Positions 1 to 12,539 of a stretch of DNA of 64,000 nt are shown piece by piece. Position 1 is the stretch's first letter; the number at the start of each line of letters is the position of its first letter. Made by a program: the position numbers and the translations under genes. The notes under the pieces were generated by a model. That model had not been told where the DNA came from. It saw nothing but the letters and a program-made list of their open reading frames with translations, and did not search any database. Source of the DNA: Macrostomum lignano (lineage: Eukaryota); assembly GCA_002269645.1 (NCBI GenBank), contig NIVC01000344.1, forward strand, positions 124,001 through 188,000, read 5' to 3'.

Positions 1-2373
1 ACTGATTTCATAAAAAATCAAATCAAATCAAATCATATGCGTACTGTAAGTCAACTTTGTTTCCAACATTTTTCAACAGTAATTTTGCACAAATCGCGGT
101 GCTCTATAAGTAGTATGTACCGAATGTGGCGGCCATTGTTTGGATGCAGCTTTTAAAGTTTTTGAAGCAAGGGTTTTGTATCATAGTCTTCATACATAAG
201 CTATAAAAATATTACTTTCATTGAATTTTAAGAATGGAAATTTGACTAACTGGTTTATATACAAGAATTTAAAAAGCTTTAAAGATTTCAAAGTAGTAGT
301 TCGAAATTTATATGTAACAAAGGAACAAACAAAAAAATTTTAAAGCTCTACCATGGGATGAACTCGCGAGTTATTTTTATCTCTTCGCACAAAAAAGTTC
401 GTTTTAATATTTTGTATTTGTTGTTTACTTGTTGCTACAACTAATTGATAATCTTAGCTGCCAGATGTTCTTTCTTGTGACAAAATAAAATTGCTTTCGC
501 TCGCTTATTAACACGTGCTAGCCATATTGCCATTCAAAATTTATCTAATTCAGCAGTATTCTCAAATTAATTTTGGTTTTAAGTTCGTATTTATCACATA
601 CTAGCGAACATTACTATTGGCAAACCTATTACTTAGCTATCAGAGTGTGACGTGAAAGTTAAATCAACTAATTTATCTAGATTTAAAAATTAATTAAAAT
701 TTTGTTTACAATATTATTGTTTAATAGATTAGTAGTTTTCTGTTTAATTCATATTTAAAAATAATTGTGTTAATTATGAATGCACAAATTATTTAATTAC
801 TATTTGTTTATTTAGTCCAAAAATAATTTGGAATTTGCTCCGATTTGAGCATTTTAGTGGTTTTGCTAGTGGCTATGTAATCATATCAAATTGTAGCGAT
901 TTATTATTAACTCTTTCAATCTTATGAGAATTAAAAGCTTTAAAGTTTATTTGATATTTTTTCTATAATAGTACATTTTTATGGTTAAAAAAACGCTGGC
1001 TAAAGAGCTGGTAGTCTGTCTTTTTACACGTTTAAAGAACATATTTACTAATAGTTATACGATGTATATAGTGTTGCAAACATTATAACAGCAGCGAATA
1101 TAGTTTATCTTCCTGTTCGTGTACTTTGTAGCCAATATACAAAAAACCTATACATTAGAAATGCATTGACGATATAAATATACAAGCGTAAATTGCTATA
1201 CGTATTTTTTGTCAATGGTAAAACAGTTACGCTGTTTTGCTACTCACTCAATATTTTTATACAATCATTGCTTGTGATTTGCGCATAACAATTTTCATTC
1301 GCATTAGCTGTTCATTGAAATGGATCATAAATAATGTACATTATGTATACTTTTTTATTCATATTGTAAGCCCCGTGCTTAGCTCGAAATGCCCCGAAAT
1401 TAATTAAAGCTTTCACATTTTGTTTTCAAATACACTTTCGAAAAGTTAAATGTCTATAAATGCTGAATTATGTGCTAAAATTGAGTTGTCTCTGTTTAAT
1501 TTTCTAAAGCAACAATAAACTAACCAGTCACTAACCATAACCTAAAATAGTACTGGCAGGGACAGCTAGAAAAGGTTTTTAGTTGTTCCTGGTTTTATGT
1601 TCAAAATACTTTTGTACTCAATTTTTTCATTTTAAGTAAATTATTTGTAGATTTGAACAATAGGATTTTTTGCACAAATTGCTACTAGCTTACTAACGAG
1701 TAGTATAATAAAGTGTGATTCCATTCGCTCAAACTTAGGGATGTCTCTATACTCTATAACTCTACGGCAACTCATCATGAGGACTCGGTGCTACTAAAAG
1801 CAGAAGAAAAAAGCAAATGACGACCAGTGGACACGATAGCACGCAACGCCTTCTCTCCCGTGTTGCAGAAGCAGCAATTATATAGCTCTAGCTCCTCTTC
1901 TGCGTGCTGCCCATTGCAGAAATCGAAATTTTCTAGGCGACAGAGAGGCGTGACAAATCAAGGCAGACAGCTCGCAAGGCTGAGCAAGCTTCTCAGAAAT
2001 CATCCACTTGAGTTGAGCCATTCCAACCTGCGATATGCAACTGGGGAGACGCAACGGTTTCCTCGCGTGTCTTCTCATTTCTGCAAAGCCGTATGAAAGT
2101 TGAAAATTCCCGGCACAGTTGCTACTCAAATGAGAGTTATGGACGAAGTATATTTAGAGACTGCTTGAATTGAATTTCTTCTGATAGAATGTTTAGAGTT
2201 CAGTTGGGAAACGCATAACATGCATGTAGAGCCAGAGCTCCAGCGACCATTTGTTCATGATAACTATCTCACCCAATACTTTCAGATGCTTTTAGCTTGC
2301 AGTTCGTACTTTTAGCTCGTAACGTCCCAGTTTTTATGATTTTTCTCATCATGCTTTTCTATAGCTAAAAATT

Positions 2374-2540
2374 CCCTAGACATACAGGATCCCTCTCCTC
2401 TAGACATTCAGGATCCCTCACCCCTAGACATACAGGATCCCTCTCCTCTAGACATTCAGGATCCCTCACCCCTAGACATACAGGATCCCTCTTCACCTTT
2501 AAAACATACAGGATCCCTTTCCTCTAGATATTCAGGATCC
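2374..2540. repeat. 24-bp minisatellite (CCCTAGACATTCAGGATCCCTCAC), left part
   Basis: About 7 tandem units visible; the same array resumes after the LINE at 3881. Confidence 0.9.
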
Positions 2541-3878
2541 TTCTACACCGGCCCGATCTCCACCGCGGAAGTTACCAAGGCGCTGAAGAGCATGCGCGCT
2601 GACGCTGCCTCTGGAGTCGACCGAGTGCCTCCCAGGGTTCTGAAGTTGCCAGAGCTTACAGACAGCATTACTAGCATCCTGAACAAGTACTGCTGTCTCG
2701 GCGGCGACCCAGCTGCCACGGCCGCCCCCCTCTGGCGTACTTCAAGAATTGTCTCCATTCCGAAGAAGGGCGCCTCCACGAGCCTCGACAACCAACGCGG
2801 CATCGCACTGGAGTGCACGCTGCCGAAGCTGCTGAACGCAGTGTTGCGCAATCGTCTCCTTCCTGTCCTGAACTCGCTGCTGCTCGAGCTACAAAGCGGC
2901 TTCAGGCCAGGCAGATCCACCACGGAGCAGATTGTAGCCATTCGGTGCATTGTCGAAACCTGCAAGACTCGTCTTCGAGCTGTGTCTATCGTCTTCGTTG
3001 ACTTCCGGAAGGCCTTCGACTCTGTCAGCAGGACGGCTTTAGCCTGGCTCCTGGCTCAGTGCGGCGTCCCCGACACCCTGGTGACGGCAGTTACGGACCT
3101 GAACCACAACTCCAAGGCGTTTGTTGACTCCAGCGATGGCTCTACGGACGAGTTTGACACCACTTCCGGGGTGCTGCAAAGGGACCCGCTATCTCCCCTG
3201 CTTTTCATTCTGGCTGTTGACTACATCCTGCGCCGCTGCCTTCGAGACGACGACAGCTTTGTCCTCGCGCCTTAGCGTAGCTCCCGTCACACTGCCGTGA
3301 CGCTCCCAGCCCTCGCCTACGCTGATGACATCGCGCTGCTGTGCTGAGACCCTGTAGCAGCCCAGCACGCTCTTACTCGACTCTCCGAGGAAGGCGCTCG
3401 GATCGGCCTGCAGATTAACGCAGGCAAGACGGAGGTGCTACACGTGGGTGCTGACAATGCCCCACCGCTGACCCTGCCCAATGGCGAGGCCATCTCAACG
3501 TGCAGCGACTTCCGGTACCTAGGCACCCTCGTGATGAGCCCAGATTCGGTCATCGTGGACAGGAGGACCCAGGCCTGGCGCGCCATGCACCACCCTCCGC
3601 CGGCGTCGCCAGGCCCTGCTGGGACACTGCCTGCGGCGGTTCGCCCGCGGCGACGACAACCCGCTCGGACTGGCCGTTCTGCACCCGCCGACCGAACGGT
3701 TCCGCCTCGGCCAAGGGCGGACCCAGACGCTCCGAGAGACACTTGTTGCCGACCTGGAGGCAATTGGACTGACCCCCCCCCCAGACTGCTGCGACCTGCC
3801 CTGCCCCTCTTTTCCGCAATCGTGTGCTCGCGCCCCCCGACCCTAGCGTCGTTGTAATGTAATGTAATGTAATGTAAT
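2541..3878 (+). mobile_element. 5'-truncated, internally deleted non-LTR retrotransposon (RTE-like reverse transcriptase pseudogene)
   Basis: RT motifs NQRGIAL, QSGFRPGRST, FVDFRKAFDSV, GVLQRDPLSPLLF and YADD (3318-3329); in-frame stops at 3273 and 3345; C-terminal RRRQALLGHCLRR block in a shifted frame; (TAATG)n tail 3854-3878. Confidence 0.9.
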
Positions 3879-3880
3879 TA

Positions 3881-4343
3881 CCCCTAGACATTCAGGATCC
3901 CTCACCCCTAGACACTCAGGATCCCTCACCCCTAGACACTCAGGATCCCTCACCCCTAGACACTCAGGATCCCTCACCTCTAGACATTCAGGATCCCTCA
4001 CCCCTAGACATTCAGGATCCCTCACCCCTAGACATTCAGGATCCCTCACCCCTAGACATTCAGGATCCCTCACCCCTAGACATTCAGGATCCCTCACCCC
4101 TAGACATTCAGGATCCCTCACCCCTAGACATTCAGTATCGCTCACCTCTAGACATTCAGGATCCCTCACCCCTAGAAATTCAGGATCCCTCACCTCTAGA
4201 CCTTCAGGATCCCTCACCCCTAGACATTCATTAAACCTCATCCTTAGACATTCAGTATCGCTCACCTCTAGACATACAGGATTCCTCATCCTTAGACATT
4301 CAGTATCGCTCACCTCTAGAAATACAGGATTCCTCATCCCTAG
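3881..4343. repeat. 24-bp minisatellite, right part
   Basis: About 19 tandem units; explains spurious ORF 3843-4337. Confidence 0.92.
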
Positions 4344-5560
4344 TAACTCTCCTTATACTGAAGAATCGTTTGATGATCCAAATGCCAAGATGGTTCACTC
4401 TCCCTCACAAATAACCATAATCACAGGGTTCCACTGCTATTCGGCTACTCCCCATTGCATTAATAAAGAAGCAAAAAGCAAAAAGACGTAGCATCAAGCT
4501 GTCCGAATTCAAGTATTATTTTTACGAATTCAAATGAAGCAATGTCTGAGGAACAGCGGTGCGAATAATCAGAAATATCTTTCGGTTCGACAGTAGCATG
4601 GGGGCAGTCGATAATTTCTTTTGAAAACAACACCGATAACAGACGACACCACGAAGTGTCATATTCGTTTGCGTCCGTCTGTCTCTCGTCTATTCCGGGC
4701 TTTTGAGTATAAAATTAGCTATGGAATAGCAAACATAGGATAGGATTTGCACCTATGGCTTCGACTTACACAGAGTCTGAGCCCAGAAAATGTGGAAACA
4801 GATCTGCTGCGGTGCTAGCATGAGTCCTTGATGCTATTAGCTAATGAGATTAACCGGCGCAGTTACAGCGGGCGCTACTAAAAAAGCAGAAGAAAGAAAA
4901 TGAAGATCACGTGAGGATGCAAAAAGTAGAGTGGTGCGCGAGGGCAGGGCGTGGCTCTGTCGGAGTTTTAAAGGCTTCAAATTGATTTTTTATAAGTCTA
5001 ATTTGCGCCTCTAGAGTCGCCGAAGCGTTGCTGAACTGGTGACTGAAATGCACTGCTTTTACGTTGCAGTCGCCAGAAGGCATTTGCGTACTGTTTATAA
5101 TATATGCCCTTATACTGGCGCACTTTTCTACGAGCTAATCGATATGCTGAAGAACGAACTATATAGCGAACACTGTACAAAATGACAGAGCATAATTCCT
5201 TCTTAAGGTCTTAAAACCTGTTAAAACCTTCACGAGAGAATTGATCAGGCCAAAGTTATTGAAGAAAGTTTTCAATTAAGAACGGTTCTTAATTGCTCAA
5301 AATAGGATTGGGTAATTAATGAAATTTGCTCAACAGGAGGAACTTGAGAATAGAAGAACAATGATGAGATAAAGAAGGCAGAGAGCGCGGGAACGACTGG
5401 ATAAGTTCAAATTCGGCTGGCTGTACTGTTAATGACGCGTGCAGTGCGGAACCATTCAAATTTGGGTAGAACAATGCCGAAAATAAAATAATAATATAAC
5501 AAAATTTTGTTGCGCATGCAAAATTTCCCACCGCCCTTGTGTTGCGAGTCTTTGTATCAG

Positions 5561-6147
5561 TCAGACTGCCGACTCTTTGTCCGTGGCGATTTCTCTCTGG
5601 TCCGAAGTGGCCGCCTCGTAACCGGGCGGCTGTTGCGAAGTTGACGCCCCGCTGGGATCTTGGTTCTGATGCTGCTGATGATGGTGGCCGCCCAGGTGGA
5701 AATTGGCGAACAGGTTGCCTCTGGACTTGGACTTGGAGGACAGGCCAAGCTTCTGCAGGCCGAGTTTCACCACCGACTTCCGGCGCTCTGTGTGCGGCGG
5801 AGACGACTTTTTGCCGTCGCCACAGACCGCGCTGCCTCCGCACGCACCGGCGCCGGCGCCTCCGCCGCAGCTATCGTCGTTGTCATCGCTGGTGGCCGGG
5901 GTCACCTGGTTGACAATCTCCTTCACCAGGTTGAGGTCCTCTTTGAGATCGGCTCGGCTGCTCACAAGCTGCGGGTTCTGGCCGATCTTGCTGAGCCGCT
6001 CAGCCGCCACGGACTCCATGGTGCGTCGCATTAGCGGGTAATTGTCCAGCACCGAGAGAAAGTTCTCCCGCTCCAGCGAGTACAGGTTGCAATAGGTCTC
6101 AGCACGGACGCTGGCCACTCGTCTGGCGTTTGTCAGCAGACAGATCT
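5561..6147 (-). CDS. HCN: HCN channel last coding exon (CNBD C-terminal half and tail)
   Basis: cgcag acceptor; (G)EICLLTNARRVASVRAETYCNLYSL...ERLSKIG, typical of invertebrate Ih; TGA at 5563-5561. Confidence 0.95.
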
Positions 6148-7239
6148 CTGCGCGATTGGTCAGAGGTGAACGTAAGGTCCACGTAGGTTAATAAGGGTCG
6201 ACATAAGTTGAAATGGGTTGACTGTGGAATGGGTCAAAATGCGTAAAACTAACCAATAGGTCCAAACGATTCTAAATTCAGCGTGGGTCAACGTGTGAGT
6301 CGAAGTTCAGCATACATGGGTAAACAGCTTCCTAAGTTGCTCAAAACTCAAGTAGGTACCTTTGAGTTACATTTGCTTGGCCAGTGGGACTTTATATGTC
6401 TAGTTGTACCCATGCCTGCAGCCGCCTGCTCCTTGTTGCAATCTTACTCTTACTCGAGTATAGTGATATCTCATTAATAAGTCGCTTCACCTACTCGAAC
6501 TTATTAACCAGGGAAAGGAACTGCACTCCCCAATCTGAACCATCCTTCCGGCCAATATCCCTCCGTTCCTGCGCCAGCTCTGGAAATCAACTCGGCCCTC
6601 ATTAGCGGTCGCAGCCCTGCACACGGAATCCCTGAGGGCACTATATGCTGGGACGGGAAAATTCTCCCCGTTTATTCTCTCTTACTCGCGCTCTCACTCG
6701 CCTCCTGTTCGCAGAAGAAAGTTCCAACTGCAACGCACAAGACGCTTCATCTCATATTCGCAATCTATCTATCTGCCCGACCTCAGCAGAACTAAGGTGG
6801 AAGAAGGCGATTAACCAACACCGGATTCAATCTGGGAAACCGGAATGAAAGAGCGAGAGCGTGAGAGGGTGAGAGATAGGTGCGTGGAACAGAGACAGCA
6901 GGAGTAGAACTCTCAGATTTCGAGTCCCAAGGCTTATTTGGATCCGTGGGGAGTCGCAAACTCAATTAGCGGCCACTCAATACCTGCGGTTAATTCCCAT
7001 GCGCAGAAGCCCGCGTGCCGAGTGGAGGAGAGCCCTACCCAGTCCAATCCAGAATTCTAACCGATGATGGAGCAGAGCAGCAGCAGCCTACTAGCTCGAC
7101 AAAATGGTTTACTGGGAACCAATAAATAGGTGTTAAATTGCAGAAAAATTGCATTGTTGTCCGGCGAAAGCTTTATAGCTTAAAGTCTAGTTAGTCTAGT
7201 TATGCCCGTAACTAGTTTGCATGTTCTAGTGCTACAAAG

Positions 7240-7263
7240 CCCTAACCCTAACCCTAACCCTAA
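7240..7263 (-). repeat. (TTAGGG)4 interstitial telomere-type repeat in HCN intron
   Basis: Four perfect CCCTAA units on the + strand. Confidence 0.8.
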
Positions 7264-7279
7264 CTGACGCGCCGCTCAC

Positions 7280-7523
7280 CGCCAAAGTAGGACCCATCGG
7301 ACAGGCTCGTTGCCACCTCCCCATCACGAGTGATGATGTCAACAATGCCCTCTTGAATAAAGTACATCTTGGTGCCGATGGTGCCCTCCTTGATAATCAG
7401 ATCGCCCGGTTGGAACACCTCGTATTTGAGCCTGGTGACCACTTCGGAGACAAAGTCCTGATCGGCGTAGGTGAAGAAGGGCACGGCCGCCACCAAGGCG
7501 CGGCAGTTATAGTTGATGATTTG
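7280..7523 (-). CDS. HCN: HCN exon: CNBD N-terminal half
   Basis: [17 protein letters not shown]...[14 protein letters not shown]...DGSYFG; AG/GT boundaries; 244 nt, phase 0 to 1. Confidence 0.96.
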
Positions 7524-7682
7524 CTGCGGGATGGCCGAACGGGACTACATAAACATTTCGGCAGTCTCTGACAATGGACTCAACTTGGTACCCAATTTGT
7601 GTCTTTGTAGTGAGTTCGTAAGTACACGAAAACCATTTTACTTAATTTTCGAAAAATTGATGTAACTCCCAGATAAACTCAC

Positions 7683-7829
7683 CTCTCTAAGGCATTCGGA
7701 CAGCTCGCTGAGGATGTCGTTCTCATTGAACATCTTGCCCTGATACCGATGCTCGTAATAGTTCGCAATCCTTTGGCGAAGCGCTCTCGGCAGCTTGCGG
7801 TAGGCCATGTACTCCTCCACTTGCTTGAA
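7683..7829 (-). CDS. HCN: HCN exon: C-linker
   Basis: [36 protein letters not shown]; 147 nt; cag / GTGAGT. Confidence 0.96.
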
Positions 7830-8092
7830 CTGAGTTGGCCAGGAGAAAGTTTTAGAGACAAAAGGCACAGAGACGAGAACGACCAGTCGATCAAACAGTT
7901 ACTAAACACAGACTAAAACACACTCCGTCAACCAGATAAAAACAACTAAGGCCCTAAGACGATACGACGTCCAACACTCAAACACCAAGACACACAGGCA
8001 ACTGAGACATTCTGACATCAGAACACATAGACACTCTGACATTACATGTAACAGACACAATGGCACACGCAAAGCCAGTTTCCCTGACTCAC

Positions 8093-8311
8093 CTTCTCCC
8101 TGTACAGCCGTTTTGACGTATCGAAGCTCTGTATAAGAGCGGCCGCGTGTCCAACGAACAGGGCGTAGCATGAGGAGCCGGTCATCATGCTGACAATGGT
8201 GATCCAGGCCTCGCTGATGCTGGTCGGCGGATGCTGCCCGTAGCCAATGCTGAGCATGTGGCTCATGGCTTTAAACAGTGCCCAGGTGTACTGGCGGAAC
8301 CAGTGCGCCTC
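8093..8311 (-). CDS. HCN: HCN exon: pore helix, selectivity filter and S6
   Basis: [29 protein letters not shown]...[14 protein letters not shown]; 219 nt; GTGAGT donor, purine-rich acceptor. Confidence 0.95.
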
Positions 8312-9090
8312 CTGGTCCAGTTCGTGACGTTCGCGGGTTGTGTGTTTGGGAAAATTCGATTCAACGATTTGTATCAGAAGTTATACATAAATTGGTTAAT
8401 AAAAATGAGAGAGTTAGCTAGTAATATCGTTAGGTAGGGTGTTCAGGGGGGGGGGGGGCAAGGGGTTCGCAAGGCCTTCGCTGCAGCTGCGGTCTCATGG
8501 CAGGTTTCTTGTTTTACGAGTATTAAGTCAAATTAACGGTAGAAATACCAAGCCAAAATTTAGTTAACATTATCGATGTTCAATCCGAACCAGCACCCAG
8601 TTTATCGTCTAAACCTCACAGATTTCCAGTACTTTATGATCTAGCAACCAGAGTCAGCCTGCGTCCTGACAGATGCCTCTTACTGCACTCAAACATTGCC
8701 AAGCCTGAGAGGCCGCTACAGAAACGAAGGCCGCTGCGTTGGCAAATTTCGAAGCGTCGTTTGTAAAAAAACTTTTTTTTTTACTTTACAGATTTAAAGC
8801 TCTCATGATCTCAACAATTTTGAAACTGTACACACTGCGATGATTGCGGAAACATGACTTTATCGGCATGCAGCTATATATGCTCTATGCAAGCACTATG
8901 CGGTGCTTTATTAAGTGCGGTTTTAGTTGTGCTTACGCGTTTCATTGTTGCATAAAATTTAACAAAATTAACCATTGAAAAAAGCGCTCCGAAATGCCAT
9001 TTGTCCGTTGGGGAAGGCCATTTCACAAGCTTTATTTACGATCGAAGATGAGACAGTCGCATAAATCGCCGTGTTAAGTCACTCCTAAAT

Positions 9091-9240
9091 CACAGTGACA
9101 ATATCAGATCACAGTGTGACAATTCCAGATCACAGTGTGACAATGCCAGATCACAGTGTGACAATGCCAGATCACAGTGTGACAATCCCAGGTCACAGTG
9201 TGACAATCCCAGATCACTGTGTGACAATCCCAGGTCGCAG
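9091..9240. repeat. 21-bp minisatellite (CACAGTGTGACAATGCCAGAT)
   Basis: About 7 tandem units. Confidence 0.85.
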
Positions 9241-9385
9241 CGTTCCAAATTGGTCAGCAAAAATTCTATACTTCTTTATAGGATGTTATGTTTTGGCAAT
9301 TATGGCAATGTTATGGCAATAATAGTGGATGGAAACTACTGATAAACTAATAATATAGTTCTTGATTTTGATTTCTACATACATT

Positions 9386-9387
9386 AC

Positions 9388-9441
<54 letters not shown>

Positions 9442-9749
9442 TAATAATATTATTAATTGATTACACCTGCCCTAATTGGGCCAGATGTGCAACCGACAGC
9501 TCAGCCGCAGCTATCGCGCGGCGCATCTGAAGGCTGCGTACGGCTGTTCAGTCCAAGGACTGGGGGGTCGCCACACACAGCCTCAATTACCCCAGCTAAT
9601 GCTGGCACCCATTTTACAGCTGGGTGAGCTGAAGCAATGCAGAGTTAAGTGTCTTGCTCAAGGACACAAATTGTTCCAGTGGAATCGGGAATCGAACCCC
9701 CGACCTTCAAGTCGTGGGTCCGACGTTCTGACCGCTAGGCTACAGCCCC
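9386..9749 (-). mobile_element. tRNA-derived CORE-like SINE, copy 1
   Basis: Head GGGGCTGTAGCCTAGCGG (A box) and GGTTCGATTCC (B box); CORE-like GTGTCCTTGAGCAAGACACTTAAC...CTGTAAAATGGG; (TTA)n tail; near-identical copies at 19168 and 41236. Confidence 0.88.
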
Positions 9750-10445
9750 TAGGCTAATGCTTAGTTTATTGTATTCATAGCAAATATATATCTGTGATTA
9801 CTGGCACTGCTAATATGCTTGCTTAAAAATCTGAAAATGATAATGCGAATTGTGTCGCAAAACAAGTTAAATAACCGAAAGCAGTTATGACTAGAAAGTG
9901 GCGGTGGTATATAGGCGCAGAATAATTGATTAGAAAATAATGCAGTGTCGAGAAAATGTTCATTGGTGAGGCTGCTTGTTAATTGGCTACTTTTGCTGCA
10001 GTTCTTTTTCGGTTAGTTGTTAAAAATATGAGGCCAAATGTAAGTTCTGTGCGCCTGTGTTGTGTACTCGGGACACATGGAAACTGTACACGTGGATGCG
10101 TAGCAGGCCACCGTATTGCCTCTGGTACGAGTATTTTCCGAAAGGTGACTTCCTTGAAGATCCCCTGTCAGGATTCGAGCCCAGGTCCTACCGCTCGATG
10201 GTGCCTCGATAAACTGCACCTTGATTATGAATTATTGCTTGGTTTCACATCTATATGACTAAGCAAAGTTAGTGAGGCAATAAAATAATCTGGTGATAGG
10301 CTGACCTTGTCCACATAATAAGTAAACAAACAAAAACATGGGTTTATACAGGTAATAAAATTGAAAGAAAAAAACAGAACTCAAGGTGCAACAAGATCCG
10401 ATTTTGAAAGTCTGGTTTAAGGAGGGGCAGCTGCGGCGGCTCTAC

Positions 10446-10595
10446 CTGCATGTTCAGCTTCTTAACCCAAGAGTCCTTGGGAAAGTCCTGAATCGCCGGC
10501 ACCAAGAACTGCAAGCAGCCGTTCCAGTGCGCCAGCAGCAGCATCAGGCAGATGAGGTTGGCCACCCGCATGAACACGGAGGCAACGTTCAGCAG
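10446..10595 (-). CDS. HCN: HCN alternative S5 exon C (canonical-type)
   Basis: [50 protein letters not shown]; 150 nt, phase 0-0; ctttcag / GTAGAG. Confidence 0.93.
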
Positions 10596-11407
10596 CTGAA
10601 AGTGCGTGGCGGGATTCGCGCCCCGAAATCACCGCCCACTTCAAATGATCAATAGGGTTAAAAACTTGTTTTCACGCAGGGTAAAAAAGTTATCGGCACC
10701 AAATTAGGGTAGCAACAAGTACTTCTGCAGACAGTGTATGCGATATAGACAAGCTGCTGTATATAAAATAGGTCAAGAGAAGTGCAAGCATAAACAACTG
10801 GGATGCATTAAGCAAATTAATATTGCCATTTATAACCAATGCTGCATACTCCAGGGCCCGATTTCATGAACAACTTGGCAACCAGTCCCCTAGACGCTTT
10901 CAGATCGGTTGGGAGCCAAATTTAGGAGGGCTGCGGGCAAAACTCTGTTTAGAGAGCTGATAAATATACATCAAAGAGTTCTATGAAATTGGGCCCAAGT
11001 TTCAATGGTATGCTTAGCATATTTATTGTATCTTTCGGAAATTTTACGCTTAAATATTTTATTGTGCAATTTGTGCACCACTGGCCCAGAAAACTATTGT
11101 TCAATGGTGTCGCTGTGAATGAAGCAGTTTTGCACAAAATGCGGACGAGCTTGCATGTAAACATGTGTATATGATACGCTCGTATAGTGCGCTTGATCAT
11201 ATTGGTGGTCCAACCCTTTTGCTCAGTACATGTACATCCGTGCGCTCCAATTAGGTGCAGATGTGCGCACCAACAAAACTCCCCTCCAGTCCTAAACTGC
11301 TGCATCAACGCTTCGAAACTTGCAAGGAATTGTCGCATGCGATATTTATTGCGATATCGACGCTTCATCGCCATGGCAACAAGCGCCAGGAGGAGGGGCA
11401 AATTCAC

Positions 11408-11557
11408 CTTGAGTCCGCAGCGAGACACCCAGGATTGGTCTGGGAACTCTTGCAGAAACGGGATGAGAAACTGCAGACAGGCGTTCCAGTGGCCAAGCAG
11501 CAGCATGAGCAGCACGAGATTAAATATTCCCATAAATTTATTGGCAACGTTCAGCAG
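11408..11557 (-). CDS. HCN: HCN alternative S5 exon B
   Basis: LLNVANKFMGIFNLVLLMLLLGHWNACLQFLIPFLQEFPDQSWVSRCGLK; 150 nt, phase 0-0; ctttcag / GTGAAT. Confidence 0.9.
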
Positions 11558-12369
11558 CTGAAAGCGAGGGTTTTGAGTGCGCGTTGCTAGGGTAGGACGG
11601 ACTTATATAAGCACATTATGTCGGTGCGCGGATCACACAATTATCAATAGCATTAATGTCTTGATCAGCAACAATTAAAATTAAAAAAACAAACAAAGCT
11701 CGTCAAGTGCTTCTTAGAATGGCATTTGCTAGAGAAAAAATCAGTAGGAACAACAAAGCTATGAAAGTGCAAAAAACATCGGGGACTCCCGAATCATTTG
11801 TGTTGATGCTTCGCTTCTCCCTGGGTGATCAACACCGTCTGAGTGGGTGTTCGGCAATAAGTGGAATTCTTAGAATTCAATATCCAATCCCTAATCCTGC
11901 CACTGACGCTTCGAAAACTGCCAGAGAAAATAGCGATAGCTACTGGGCTACATACTGAATAACAGCCAAACTGGACTTGACGCTTCCAATCCAGGGATCT
12001 TCCGAGTTAGAAGCAAGGACTGTTAATTAAAATAACTAAAGTTTAAGAACTTTTTAAAAAAAAACTAAGGCCGAATTTCCTACCTCTAAAAGAAGATTTG
12101 CAACCTTAACACAAAAATTATGGATATTCTATTTAAAGCGATCATTTCGCTTCAAAGAGATGGGAACAGTTGTTATCGTTTTTGCATTTTTTCCTAAACC
12201 ATACTCGATAAACCTGCGACCTGTGACCTCAGAACATTGAAAAAACACTATGTTGACTTAATAATGCTCTCAGTAGGTGCTGAACTCATGGACAACTGGC
12301 ATTATTTAACTCATTAGAGACCAGTGGTCCATGAACTTGTTCTTCAAGTTTTTTTAATTTGGCCATGGA

Positions 12370-12539
12370 CCTTTAAACACTTAGAGACTAGAAATGAGCC
12401 GAAAAAGTCCAAATTAAACCATTTGGGGTTATCAGTTATTATCCTAATTTGCTATAAAAACTTATAAAAAAGAGTTATTTTTCAACCATCTTCATCATTA
12501 ACAGCAGACCGGCTCATTTCTAGTCCAGACGTTTAAAGG
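12370..12539. mobile_element. MITE-like element with ~30-bp terminal inverted repeats
   Basis: Perfect 16-bp GACTAGAAATGAGCCG (12386-12401) versus its reverse complement (12510-12525), extended by CCTTTAAAC / GTTTAAAGG. Confidence 0.55.

Noticed and set aside
9680-9749. tRNA-like sequences (also near 10150-10210, 19168, 40350 and 41236)
   Set aside because: A/B boxes are present but there is no consistent cloverleaf or acceptor stem; they are SINE heads or fragments
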